From: Octopus bimaculoides
Lineage: Eukaryota
Length of the DNA: 64,000 bases
Assembly: GCF_001194135.2 (NCBI RefSeq)
Contig: NC_068983.1
Span: forward strand, 108,577,808 to 108,641,807
Direction: 5' to 3'
A program made the position numbers and the translations under genes. The first letter of the stretch is position 1; every line of letters starts with the position of its first letter. Positions 1-13,988 of the stretch are shown here, one piece after another. The notes below the pieces were generated by a model. That model did not search any database. It saw only the letters and a program-made list of their open reading frames with translations, and was not told where the DNA came from.

Positions 1-377
1 TCATTGGAAGGAATTGATTTACAAAATCAGCTTTAGGTAATTTCAGCAAGCTTCATGAAGAAATTGACATTGATGGAAATAATCACGGACTAGGCTGCTT
101 TCCTCTGAATGTCTTGCACAAGAACAGTCTATTGTAAATTAGTGACAAATCTGGTTGCAAGACCAGAGTTAATCAATAAGAACTGACCCTAAGACTGACC
201 TATGAACATTTCACTTGCCTTATTTCAAACTTATTCATAATATGGCCTAAAATATCACCTGTGTATATCTCATATGCATGAGTGAAACTGTGAGTAATAA
301 TTTTATGTTATATATCACAAAACAATTTCCATGAAATATAAACTCTAATTCATATATTGAGTTCTGTTTCTTTGTAT

Positions 378-378
<1 letters not shown>

Positions 379-420
<42 letters not shown>
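379..420. repeat. (AC)n microsatellite
   Basis: Perfect dinucleotide run. Representative of dozens of (CA)n/(TA)n/(GA)n arrays, e.g. 3281-3345, 6064-6098, 7027-7068, 13855-13985, 17599-17820, 20487-20610, 34390-34428, 43410-43640, 56758-56900. Confidence 0.98.
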
Positions 421-423
<3 letters not shown>

Positions 424-3400
424 TTTGTATTGTGTCTTATAATGCTAATTTTTTGCAATCATATTTAATCACTAATCCTTTACAATTGTTTTGATATTTG
501 ATTTTTAATAGTTTTGCATAGCAATTTTGTAGCATGAATTCTGAATGCAAATCATTGTGCAAAATATGAATTATGTTCTGTTGCTTCATACATATTGAAA
601 TTATTCTAGGGTATTTTAAATTTAAATGTATTTGTTTAACGTTTTTCTTTTTGTTCAGTAAGAATAAAATTTATTGAATACAGGGTTTAAATATTAAAAA
701 CAGATCTACATTTAATTAAAATAAATACTTTTAATTTCAAAGTGATAGAAATGTATGACATAAAAGGTATTTTTAAAAGTGAAATGACAATATCTATAAA
801 TAATCAATGTTTTGGAACAAGGAAGAGGTCTATCTGGCATTGCTTGATCTACCTGAAATAGCCCTGAGGAACATATAACGTCTTGGAGTGTGTTTGATCA
901 AAATAAGTTTTCTCTTACAGGGCTGATATAGGGCTAAACAATAATTATAATGACAACAACATAAATAATACTCAAAAATAGCTGAACCAACTTTCTTTCC
1001 AACTTTTCGGTACATCTACTCCTGTGCAACTACTTCTAATAATTTGTCAAGCCTTTGCATATGTATTTTAACTTCCTTGAAGAGCATTTTGGTTTTTATT
1101 TTTTTTTCCTTTTCCATTTCAATACAATTAACAATTTGTTCTTATGGCTTTTCATTGTCCTACATATAATTCATATGGATCCTTTAACACATGCACCCTC
1201 ACAGACTACACACCACCAGCCATAACACATTTAAAGCTCATCCTTCCATTCAGGTACTTCAACTTCTCTAAAAATGTCATTTACTAAACAATCATTACAC
1301 CTCTAGATAGCATTGAAAGGAATTATATAGGTTCAACGTAGAAAATTTTCAAAACAAATTTAATTTGAACTCTCCATGCACTTGGGTCAAGGAAAAAAAT
1401 TCAACGTCTTTGTCACAATTCATCTGGAAATATATGGTATAAGAACGTGCATACTTTCTAATGGCATGGAACACTGTAGATAGGGCCATATATTATGCTA
1501 TAGGTCATAAAATTGTAAGCTTTGTCTAACCAAACATTTCTCAAGTGTGAAACAACCTTCTACATTACTTAACTGGAGGTCAGAAGCACTGCCACCACGA
1601 TATGAAATTTGATTACTGCAAACTATTTTTCCAGATTTATAAAATAATACTGGATCTGTTCTTGATTACATGACCTAATCTGTTCAACATTTATGTACAA
1701 ATTTGAAAAACACTTAATAAAAGAAAGTATGTCATAATTATTTCTCAAAAAAAAAATCAAGTTCGAATTATTTAAATTTACAGTCACTTTCTGAAGTCAG
1801 TCATATATTTCTTATGATAATTGTGTTTTACATTTCCATTAAGAATAATTAGACATGTCATACAAAGCAAGTAATCTGAGATTAGTAAAGAAAGGCTTAC
1901 TGATATAGTTGTACATAGCAATTATATTTATAGGAGTAATCATATAAGTGAGAATACAATTTACTTATTTTGCAAATTGCTTGCATTACTCCACTACATT
2001 TCAGAATTCCTGACTGATATCATTCTAAATTTTCTTTCTGAATCAAAAAAGAGATAGAGAGAATACTTGTTTGATCATGATTATGAACTAAAAGCATTTT
2101 TTCTTTGAAAACTAGCAGAGACTTTCTGACTTTCATAAGATATATTGCATGTGATAAAGAATCTATCACACACAATACCACATACAAAGGGAACCACAGA
2201 GCTTGATAACTAAAGAGTAAAACTGATATTAAGGTAAGAAACTAGTAATTTTCCCAATATAAACTCAATAATAAAGGATGATTTTTAGAAATATAATTTG
2301 GATTTGATTAAATTGAAATTTATACAAGAAAAATCAATTATGGATTTTACTTTTAGCTTCATAAGTGTTGATTTATTAGATTAATGAATTTATTTTCTTC
2401 TGATTCAATAAAATTCTTGTGTGTGAACCAATCTATAGAACTTGAGGTTCTATACAATGTGTTGTTCTTCATTCATTTCAAGTATACTGAGAGGAAAATA
2501 CAATTCTTCTATGAAACATATTTATAAATACTTTTACTTCATTTAATCTTAGTTTAACAATCATATTTTTGAAAATGATCTTGAGCAAGTAAATTACAAG
2601 ATACGAAATATATTGTTTACTGAAGTTGTTCTAAATTTAATTTCATTTGGAAACTCCATTCATAGACATACTTATGCAATAATACAATATTTACTTCTAC
2701 TAAGCAACTGTAGTACAATAATTGGTTATTTTGAATGGGTACTTTCTGAAGACTGCTCATTAACACTAAACACCTTCCTATTGTAATGAGTAGACCCCCG
2801 TATTCTTGCTGTGTGTGTGTGTGAGTGTGTGTTTAAAAGATAAGACTTGTTTGGTATTTCTATAAATAATAATATACACATCAAAAAATAAAAAGTAAAT
2901 TGTCAATAATATCTACATATTTATGCTTCTTTAAAGAGTAATCAACAAAAATGGCTTTTTGGAAAATATAATATTATATTAGATGATTCCAACTTAGAAT
3001 TGTGTCATTATTGTAAAGAATGATAGCGATGGTACTAGAAAGTACCCATTAGTTGATGTTGCACAAGAGTGGTCTGACAAGAGTCACAAGAGACACAATT
3101 CAGTTGGAGATTATATGTGGGTTGCTTTAGAAGTTTTTATGCCACAAGTGTAGCATCAGAAACATTATATGACTTTACCAAAGATCTATAGCATGAGACC
3201 ACCTGTGTATGAGCTTGTAGAGCAAATTTTCAGCACCTATGAAAACCATACTGACAGTGTAAGAACAAGAGAGTGGGAGGGAGAGAGAGAAACAAAGAGA
3301 GAGAGAGAAAAAGAAAGAGAGAGAGAGAGAGAGAGATAGAAAGAGAGATGTAAAATGATTAGAAATAGTATGGCAGGCCATAAAGATCATTCTTCTTAGG

Positions 3401-6061
3401 AATGAGATGCATTAAAGATACACATATATGAAGCAATTCTGAATCTACAACAGGGGGACATATTTCATTAATATTGGACATAAAATGAACAATAATAGTT
3501 TTCTATTAAACTAATGTTTTTGTTTAAAAATCATTTGAGCCTTTCAAGTTAATGTATTCTAATTAAATCTTGTATTTTGAAAACTCGCTAACAGAATAAA
3601 GGATTTTGTGAGTATCTATGGATATGCTTGTATGATCATGACTATGTGGTTCAAATATAATTTCATGACTCTTCTTTTGTTGCATTTAGATTTGTGTCCC
3701 TACTGGAGTCCCATGGTTTATGCATTACTATATGTATGTATATGTGTAAGTATGCACGAGCATGTATGTTCTTTTAGTTATTAACTTTGGATGCAAATTT
3801 GCTTGTGTATTTGAAGGAATTTAATACAAAAATTGCTTGTCCAGATATGTTTCAGCAGCTGTTACTACCTTTTGAAAATGTCTTTGCTATTATTTATGAG
3901 ATGTTGTAAAGATTATTAATCAGGAAAATGTCCTAGATAAATTTCAATTTAAATTTTCAACCATTTTCCTATATATCTAACACACAGCAGCAATTGTGTC
4001 TATATGGAAGCAAAAGAAGTTGTTTCCCAAAAGAAATATTATATTTTGGTGAAATGATTCATATTCTGAAACAATGACATAATGGTATATTCATTTTCTT
4101 TTGTAAAATTTGATATTTTCAATAATAGTATTTCGAAAATTGAATAGACTTTTGATATTTAGTATGATCATTTTAAACCAAAGTGTCTATGTGTATTGGA
4201 GAACATAATGAACTTTGGAACAATACGTTCAAAGAATAATATCTAGGTATTTTATACATCAATTGTGATTTTACGACTTCCAAGTGAAACCTTTAACAAA
4301 GAACAATGACATAATGTAAATAGTTCTTACTGTTGAGACTGTATAAAAGACATTTATAAAGCATCAGTGGTCACTTCTATATAACAAGACAGAAATGAAT
4401 TTCATACAAAGATGTCTGCTTTGTTTTACGGAAGATTTTTCTATGTAAGAGAAAGATTTTTCTCTTTCATGAAATTTGATTTATATTCATGATCAGCTTT
4501 TGAGCAACAGTAAACAGAAAAGTGAATAACAATTCATTAAAATATATCCAATACTGTCCTATATTTATTTTGTTTTTAGAAAATATAGCATAATATATTT
4601 ATCAACATCTTTCTCTGATTGACTGTCCTTGTCAGTATATTTCTTAATGTAGAGTAAACACTAACATCTATCAGAAATATAATGATAATAAGAAGACTTA
4701 AGTTTATTCTAATAATGAAATAAATTAAACATTTTAGGTCAAGAACCACATTTATTATAGTGTATCTTTGTTGGCATTATTAGCCTTTAAAATTTTAGCT
4801 GTATTGAAGAATGGTGGAGTACCAGACTGGATGTTGTCAGAATATTTAGTTTTGTTCTTTTGTACTTTGAATAAGGGTCGGCTTTGTCTTTCATCAGTTA
4901 GAATCAATAAAATAAACACCAGGCATGTATTGATGTCATTTTCCTTGAGTATATAAACCACCTACATGTGTGACCTTGTGTAAGTCTAAGGAAATACTAT
5001 CATTATTTACAAGTACTTAATAATGATGTAATAAATAGCACATCTCATAAAAAATAAATTTATATTTGATAGGGAAAACATTTCCCAAATTCTTCTTTCT
5101 CACTATCATGCACACATACTTCTACTTTGATTTTTTATCAACTCAATAAAGCAATACCACCTAGTGATTTCGTTTCCATTACATTCAGATAAAAACTCCA
5201 AAGCTATTTCTTTACCTTACTAAACTTTTCAATATTTCTTCCAACACAAAAATTTATCCCAATTTATGTGAACCTGCTTGAAGGCAAGCATTCTAACTCT
5301 GTTAACTATTGACCTAATCTTTTGTCATAAAACATTTCATAGCTGATAAAGGTGCCATAAACAGTCAACTTCTTCAATAAATTATTTCACTTTCCCTCTG
5401 CCTCATTCCCATCACTATCCATTTATACAATTTCTGAAAATCTACAAGTGATTCTAGCATATGATCTTTCATACTTCAGAATTTTGGCAAAATCAGTATT
5501 GATACCAGCAGAACCTTTGGCTGTGTCTAACATGAGAACCATCAAAGAGCATCCAATTCTCATGTCTTGGGATCAAAAGTTTTCTTTTAGACTACCCTAG
5601 TACATCATGTGGTAGCAAGGTGCTTTCTAGTCTATTCTATATCAAATCTGGCATAGCTTAGGAGTGGGTACATAAATGTTCTATCTTAGAGTGTCCTGGG
5701 GAGAGTGTGTTAACAAAGCCAATGAGAGAAAAAGTGTGTAGTACTAGGAATTAGGAAAAAAAAATCAGAACAGAAGCTGGAGAAAATATTCTGCGCTTAC
5801 AGAAGCTGGGTGTTGGAGATTTGTATGAATGCTCATTCTGCAAATGATTCAATAAGTGGTGTTTAGGCAGGGTAGCAAAGAAGAGGTCCATTAAGTCTGC
5901 TTATGAAGCTACATGAGAATAAAAAGAAACATCAGATGTTTTGGATTTAGAGGACTGATCCATGGACTGTTGCTGCTGGATCTATTTGAAGAGGGCATCT
6001 GATGTTGGAAATTCCAAAACACTTGGTGATGTGTCCTAGCTCATCTGGGAAATGCATCTTG

Positions 6062-6098
<37 letters not shown>

Positions 6099-7025
6099 AA
6101 TGTGTGTGAGTATGAAACATGTTCTATATTGATATTGTTTTGTTTGTGTTTAATCTCCCAACCTTCTTCCACAACAAGACTGTATTTTAGACTTCCATAT
6201 TTTGACAATAAATTTTTAAAAATTTCCTGTTACATTAACTTATTAGTAAATTTATTTTATGATGCTCGTGCTTTTCAAGAACTTCATATAAGACATAATA
6301 GGAAACAATATCTCCAATGATTTCAAAGTTTTAATATAGGCCAAATTACATCAAGGAGATTCAGTTTACTTTTTATGAGTGGCAAAATGATATTGAATAT
6401 AAATGAATGAAGACCTTGGAGAACTGCTATATAGAAACAAAAGAACACTAGACATAGTGAAAATCATATCTCATAAATATTAGCTGCTATGATTTTATAT
6501 TTTCAGTCTTCCCAATATATAATGTGTGCTCAGTGACATATAGAATGTTCAGAAGTTGGACTGATTTCTAAATGATTCACCTGAAGTCATCCACCATACA
6601 ATATTCATATATGTATCCATTCTTTTCACAACCATTAGATGCTACTGAAAAGGGAAGCGATTAAAAGTGAATAAAAAATGGCTATCATGCTAGCATTTTC
6701 TAAGCTGTAATTTATTGCTAAATAGTCTAATCAGTAACTATTATCTGTAAAGTCATTTTTATCCTTAAATAATTATTGTATTCAGCTTATTAAAGGTTAA
6801 TCAAGAACATTTATATATTCTATCATATTTTCTTTATTTGGTATTTATTTTTAATCAAAAAAAAAAAAAAAAAAATTCCTACTTCCCACTTTCCCTACCT
6901 AACTCTAAAGGATTTTATTGCAGAATGAAACAATTAAATTATAAGAATATTAACCATTAAACATTAATTTTTGATATAATGTGATAGTAATTTTTTCAAC
7001 ATAAATGCATTGAATGGCTGTATAG

Positions 7026-7068
<43 letters not shown>

Positions 7069-7629
7069 NNNNNNNNNNNNNNNNNNNNNNNNNNNNNNNN
7101 NNNNNNNNNNNNNNNNNNNNNNNNNNNNNNNNNNNNNNNNNNNNNNNNNNNNNNNNNNNNNNNNNNNNNNNNNNNNNNNNNNNNNNNNNNNNNNNNNNNN
7201 NNNNNNNNNNTATAAATATATAAATATATATGTATATTTGTTGCTGATCCCTTAATTATATTTGTAAATATATAAATGTATATGTATCTATGCTTGTGTG
7301 TACTTTTGCATGTGGAAGATTGTGTAAATGAAATTTATTCCTGTGTGTGTTTGTGTGTTCCTGTGGGCTAATATTTTTAAAGTTATTTGTGCATTTATAC
7401 AAAATCAATAAAGAAATTAAGAGACCCAATATCATTTACTTATCTATCTATCTGTCCACATATATATTCAAACGCATATGTATATGCTTATTACACATAC
7501 ACATGCACACAAACACATACACACATGCATATATACACAATTACACACATACAATACACACATATATATATATATACACACACACTATGTGTGTGTGTGT
7601 GTGTGTGTGTGTGTTTTATGTATAATATA

Positions 7630-7940
7630 TATTCAGTTGACTTTCAGTTCTGCCTGTGTTCTTGAGCACATTGGCCAGCCAAGTGATGCCACTTATTTCT
7701 GTTGACTGTAGCTTTCTCTGCATTTGCCTCTTATATGTTAGTTATGAATGTTTTGTGCTATATAGTCCTATTTTCTTTCTTTTTCCCTCCATTTGAAGGC
7801 AGTTTTAGAATGGCTTTAGAATGGCATGTCCTGGTAGCCAGAGTATGTGTCCTACTGGTATTAATCTTCATTTTGTGATGATTTCACCGAGTGGTCTTGT
7901 CTTGGCTCTCTTTACAGTGTCTTCATTGGATAGGTCACCT
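7630..7940 (-). mobile_element. Decayed 3' end of an RTE/RTE-X-type LINE
   Basis: Minus-strand translation LRVYWKGDLSNEDTVKRAKTRPLGEIITK*RLIPVGHILWLP...GKRKK matches the post-RT C-terminal pattern (xWxDxxSNEE...RRLRWxGHILR...GKR) of RTE-clade LINEs. Confidence 0.65.
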
Positions 7941-10309
7941 TTCCAGTACACTCTCAGTGTATGATTATGTAAAGAATCTTATTCACAATAAAGACTGACA
8001 CCTATCAGAAATTATGCAAAAATAAACGTTAATGTTGAAGAATTGCATTATAGTGAGAACTATTTAAAAGTTATTTGTCAGTCCAAGGTTTTTTTAAAGT
8101 ATTCTATAGTGATTTTTCATATATTTAAAAGTATAATAAAATATTCATTATAACTTATAACAATCAATATTGTACAATATCAAATTAATTCAGCAATAGC
8201 ATACTAATTAGAATAATTTAATTACATTGTATCTCAGTCAGATGTCTATACACATTGAAGAGTTTCATCAACAGTACTGAATTGGATAACAATCCTAAAG
8301 AAGACAGTGTTCCTAAGTCTGATTATAAAAGTCTAAATGTGTCTGTAATATTAATCTATTTTACTGCTACGATCAGAAAAATTCTGTGAGCTCTCAATAG
8401 ACATCTCTGATAAATTACCTTCATGAATAGAAGTTATGTAGCTATGATCTCTGAACAGTTTTTGCTATTTATTGCAAGGGTTTTGATCTTATATGAAGCA
8501 GTTACTATATTATATTGCAGTTCAGTAGATCATGTTGTTCTCAGTTATGTACTATAAGATGTTTATGAGCTTATGACAGGAAATAAGTTAACAATGATTT
8601 GTTAGTGGTTTATGTTGCACCTTACCTAAGAATGACAAAGCATGTAGTGTGATCCAAAAGCAAACTGAAGTATGACATATACAAACAATTTATTGGTTAT
8701 CTGTCATATGTCTACTCAAATATTGGATATACTTAAAAATTGTATATACTTAATAATCATAAGTCCATCATCAGTATTACCACAACAGCAATGGGAGAAA
8801 ACATGGGGTTGTTTCTAGAAAACTAAAAAAATGACACTATTATGATCATTTCACATAGATGTATCATAATTAGCAGCAAAAATATTTATCACACTTAACA
8901 ATGACTTTCTATGCTGTATCCACTTCTAGCTGTCTTGTATATAGCTAGTTGCATGTTATTCTCCCCTTACTCTCTCTTTCAGATTTAGTTATCAGTGTTT
9001 CTATGATATGAGCTGTTTTAAGGTATAACACAAAAGATAAATAAAGTTAGCCTTTATTAATGAGCAAAGTTAATTTATCTCTATAATCTCTGCCATTTAT
9101 GTTTATAATTCAAAGATCATTTTTTGCCTTAGTTTCCTTGAGGATGCCTTATACATAAAATGTGAGTGCTTGTAGCCTTTAGTTTATTTTCATTCATTGA
9201 ATATATTTAATAATTGTCAAGTAAAAGATTCATTTTTATAATAATATTATGAAGCTTTCTTTTGATTTGGTAATATAAATGACAAAAACATTTCCCTTTA
9301 TTTATTTTTGTTATTAATAATTGTAATAAGGTATGGATTTAGATATTCATTTATATTCACTATCCATGTGTTTTAAATAGAACATACAATTGTGTAAAAG
9401 TCCCTACCTTTCAACAATCTTATGAATGTTTCAAACTCTGAAGTTTCCTTCACAGAAATAAAAAATCAATATACTTTTTGCATATGAATGATGTGCCATT
9501 TTCCTTCCAATACATTTCTTAGCAACATAAAATTCCCAGGAGCCATATGTTCACCTTTCTATGTTCTATAAAATATCATTGGTTGCTGAATACTCCTTTC
9601 TTTACAATATTGATAGTCACGCAATTTCTTTTTTCAGAAATAAACATTTCTTTCAAATTTTCTAATTTCAGAAACACAGATGGTCATGTAGAAAATTGGT
9701 ATCCTGTAAGAGATACTTTAAACAAAGTCTTTGATTTTTATTTACAATCAATAATTTTATAGTATCTTACTGATTGATTTAAGTGTTAGTCTATATTTGT
9801 GGTATGATTTCTTCTCAGATAAATGTACAGCAATATGGTGAAGTTTGTATGATTGGAAGAAATGACTTCTTAAATCTTTCATACTAATATTATCTTCCAT
9901 AGTTTTTGCAATATGATTTAAGCTTTACTATAACATATGAAATGTTTAAAAACAAATTCTGAGTGAATATCTAACTAGATTCATACCTATTTTTAAGCCT
10001 TATAATATGTATTCTATTTCTGGGTTATATGTCTAATATAACACAACATTTTCATAAACATATTTTAATATACGAGAACTTCACTGCTTATGTTTGTTTT
10101 CACATATATCATCATTGTTTTGTTCAATAAACAATTGTTTTTACACCTGCTTAAAAAATACAGGAAGTAGTGCTTCATTTAAATTATTAAAATTATTTAT
10201 ATATTTTCTCGCCCAGCTTTTATATTTTAAGATAGGTTTGAAATAAAAATTAAAATTACAAATATTACTGATATTTAAATGAATAATCAACAACTTCATT
10301 TTAACATCC

Positions 10310-10505
10310 ATTTTTTCAAACAGAGTTTGTTGAGGCAGATTTTCTACAGCTAGATGCCCTTCCTGTCACCAACATTCACCTGTTTCCAAACAAGAATATA
10401 TTTCCTCATGGGCACACATATTCTCAGGGAATATTGGAAATGAAGGGCACTGCTTGTAGGATAGTAACAATCATTTTACAGCTATCACCTAGTGTCAAGA
10501 CTACA
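10310..10505 (-). mobile_element. Old RTE-tail-related repeat fragment
   Basis: Contains TTTCTACAGCTAGATGCCCTTCCT, shared with the RTE 3' ends at 18595-18620 and (reverse complement) 52420-52450. Confidence 0.6.
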
Positions 10506-10513
10506 TACATATA

Positions 10514-10547
<34 letters not shown>

Positions 10548-10690
10548 NNNNNNNNNNNNNNNNNNNNNNNNNNNNNNNNNNNNNNNNNNNNNNNNNNNNN
10601 NNNNNNNNNNNNNNNNNNNNNNNNNNNNNNNNNNNNNNNNNNNNNNNNNNNNATATAATGAAAGAAGCCCATTATACTTATATATGTATG

Positions 10691-10694
<4 letters not shown>

Positions 10695-10776
<82 letters not shown>
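10695..10776. repeat. (TA)n followed by (GATA)n compound microsatellite at a SINE tail
   Basis: Directly visible tandem arrays. Confidence 0.95.
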
Positions 10777-10778
<2 letters not shown>

Positions 10779-10932
10779 GGGCTTCTTTCAGTTTTTGTTT
10801 ACCAAATCCATTCACAAAGCTTTAATCAAAATGGGATAATGGTAGAAGACACTTGTCCAAAGTGTCATGCAGCAGGACTGAACCTAAAACTATGTGGTTG
10901 AGAAGCAAACTTCTTACGACACAGCCACACCA
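10777..10932 (-). mobile_element. tRNA-derived SINE, family A (CORE-like; octopus OR-type)
   Basis: Reverse complement of the family seen at 17447-17600 and 48611-48735 (GGTTCAGTCC...CCTTGGGCAAGTGTCTTCTAC...GATTTGGTAGANGGAAACTGAAAGAAGC). Confidence 0.85.
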
Positions 10933-11349
10933 TCAAAAGCAATAAATTACTTAATATTTGAGGCTTCTCTTAATAATGTAATTAAAATCACTATGCCTGT
11001 TTGGGATTAATCATTAGCATTAATCATTTTACTGACAGGTGTGAAAATTACCTTAAAAAAGGCTAAGTTAGAATAAGAATGAAAAATATGCTCACTAAAG
11101 AATTTAAAACCATCTTAGGCCTTAAAGCTATTATAAAGCAATCTTATATTATACATTTGAGAGATTCTTTTATAGAGATGATCTAGTTCTTTTCCCAGTA
11201 TCACTTCTGCAAACGAAGGTGAAACCGTGAAAACTTGGGTCAAATGGTATTGTCATTATTTTCCAAAATGTTTCGAATAGATGATTTTTATTTTTGATTT
11301 ATCCCTCTTACATGTAGATTATAAACAAACACCCCATCAAAGGGATTCA

Positions 11350-11620
11350 AATGTAGCAAGGCCACTGAGAAGAATGAAATCCAGCCTGAGGCTTTAAAAG
11401 CCTTAAACAGAGAAGCCATTCTCTGGCTGACTTGTGTATGCCAAGTTGCTTGGACCTTTGAAAATATACCGTAGCAATGGCAATCCAGTGTGATGATCCA
11501 GTATTCAAAAGGGAGACAAAAGAGAGTGCTCTAATCATAGAGGATCCTTCTTGGCTCTCCCCAGCAAATTTTGTGTCAGCTGTATGGAAAAGAAATGAAG
11601 GGATATTGTCAAGCTAACTA
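11350..11620 (+). mobile_element. RTE-clade LINE reverse-transcriptase N-terminal fragment (pseudogenised)
   Basis: Translation NEIQPEALKALNREAILWLTCVCQVAWTFENIP*QWQSSV..(fs)..KGDKRECSNHRGSFLALPSKFCVSCMEKK matches RTE RT domains 0-1 (DEIRPEMLKAL...W...KGDxxxCxNYRGISLL). Confidence 0.85.
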
Positions 11621-13926
11621 AACTAGCTAAATAGCATATAGTTTTCATCCTGGATGCAGCACAACACACCTGATTGCTTTATGGATAAAGAAACAGGAAG
11701 GCAGAATGGCTAGCTTCCACTTTAAAAATTTTGGTGCTTTATACTATTTTGTGTTCAAAATACTAGTGAAAAATTTGCTGGTTGGGATAAGTAAGGAACT
11801 AATGATTTCTCTCTTCATAAAAAATTGGTCTTGTGCTTCAAAGAGAAAACTATTTTTTCACAAAAATAGTTCAGGCTACATGACAGTGACAATATTGTTT
11901 GATAATATTGTATACTGATATTGTAAAATAGGTGAGTGGTTGAACACAATTCAAATCAGAACATGTTTTTATATCCTTACTAGATAGCTTTTGAAATCAT
12001 AGTCAATGGTTATTCAGATTCTGATATAATAATATTTCACCATTTGCAAGATGAGATTTAATTTTCAGTAACAGTTTATCACATCAAAACAAATACATAT
12101 CAACATAGAAAGTTTTACAAAATAACAATATGAGTATTGCTACTTTGTTAAAAGCAAAGCAAAACAGAAACTTTTAAGGAATAACTGAAATCATGACATT
12201 ACAAATATTGTCCAAATTCTACAGCAGCTCATTCAATAGCAAATGAATCAGTTATCTGAAGATTTGATTAAATTATTGACAACTCCTAACAATGTTTAAC
12301 TTTCATTTAATAGGAAGTTGGCTAACATTAAGGTAGATAACTAGAATACCATTGTGCATCTTTTCCCCTATTTGCAAAAAAGAAATTAAATTTAGACATG
12401 AAATATTAATATTTTAACCCGTAAGATTATAATTTTCTTCTGATTCTTTAATCTTTACATAACTGGGCAAGCTGGTAAGGGAATTTTCATACAGTAACTT
12501 AACTGGATCAGCTAAACATTTATAAAACATTTCAAGTACTTCAGCACAGGTGACCAAGTCAAAATCTACTAAGGAGCAACAATAAAATTGACATAATTGA
12601 CAAAAGTGATATAAACTAGCAGAGGAGTTGCAATGCAGCTGCTTCATCTTGCTGATGAGGTAATCCTCTTTCAATAACTCTATTGCTGTCATGAAACAAT
12701 AAATACAAACCAAAGTTCATAAGACACAATTTATATAAAGATAGAATGTCTATAACAAAAATGCTGGGAAAGGATAGTTTCTTTACTAATCTAATAATTG
12801 AAGGACACAGTAGTGTAGTCATGACCAACATTAATGTAAGGCTTGAAATAAGTAAATAGATCTATGAGATATTTTTATTATAAATATTGAATTATTTCAT
12901 ACAGTTTGAATGCTAAGGTAGAGCTGACTGTAACTACTCTATAACAATAATATCAAAGAAACTAAATATTAAAAACACCAACGACTACGCATTTGACAGA
13001 CCGAACACATCACTAAAATAATATGAATATGATATTGTATTTTAGAGATGATTGACTTGCATTTAACATGCCTAGCTAACTTCTAGAAACGTATTTATGA
13101 GTACATTTACACATGCATATTTATCTTCCTCTTTACTACTCTTATACCATTCACTTTATTATTTCCGATCACCCACACATTTTATTAGTTATGTCACATA
13201 AGTTGTTTCTTAAAGCATTTACTGGCACTTATCTCAAAAGAGAAAGAAGAAAAAATTGGGATATAAGAATGAAACATTAGTAAATGGTGCGTAGATAAAC
13301 TGGAATGAAATATAAAGGATATGATAAAAAAAAACAAAAACTGTAATACTGGTAACTGTTAGACAATAAATAGCGCCTATAAAAGTGCATATGTTTCATA
13401 AGACTAAAAATATCTAATCACATATTTCAAACTGCTAAAATCTCAACTGAAGTTCCTTACAATTGAAGCAAATGCAATACAAATGCATGCACATTATTTT
13501 ACTGCCACTGTATACAATCAAGTATGTGTGAGCATGTATGTATGTGCTTCATTTGCAAGAAATTTCTATATAGCATGACTTAGACATTGCTTGAACACAA
13601 ATAGATATTTAAGCTTTCTTAATCGTACCCATTCTTTATCACTATAGATTATTTATAAATGTTTGTCTGATATTAAAAGAATTTTATAATAAATATTATA
13701 TTGCTGAACATAATTATTAGATAAAAGTTTTGAAGAATATTTCTCTAAAAATAAAAATTAAAGAAGGTAATGAAAATGAAATGTAAAACAGATACAAAAT
13801 AACAATGATAATGGTTATGAATAGAAACCAACTGACATTTCATACAAACACACACACACATATGCATATATATATGTATATATTGATATATATATATATA
13901 TAATGTATGTATGTATATATGTATGC

Positions 13927-13988
<62 letters not shown>

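Noticed and set aside
2140-2232. Strong donor AAG|GTAAGA as the end of a coding exon
   Set aside because: Stops in all three frames shortly upstream; at most a non-coding exon.
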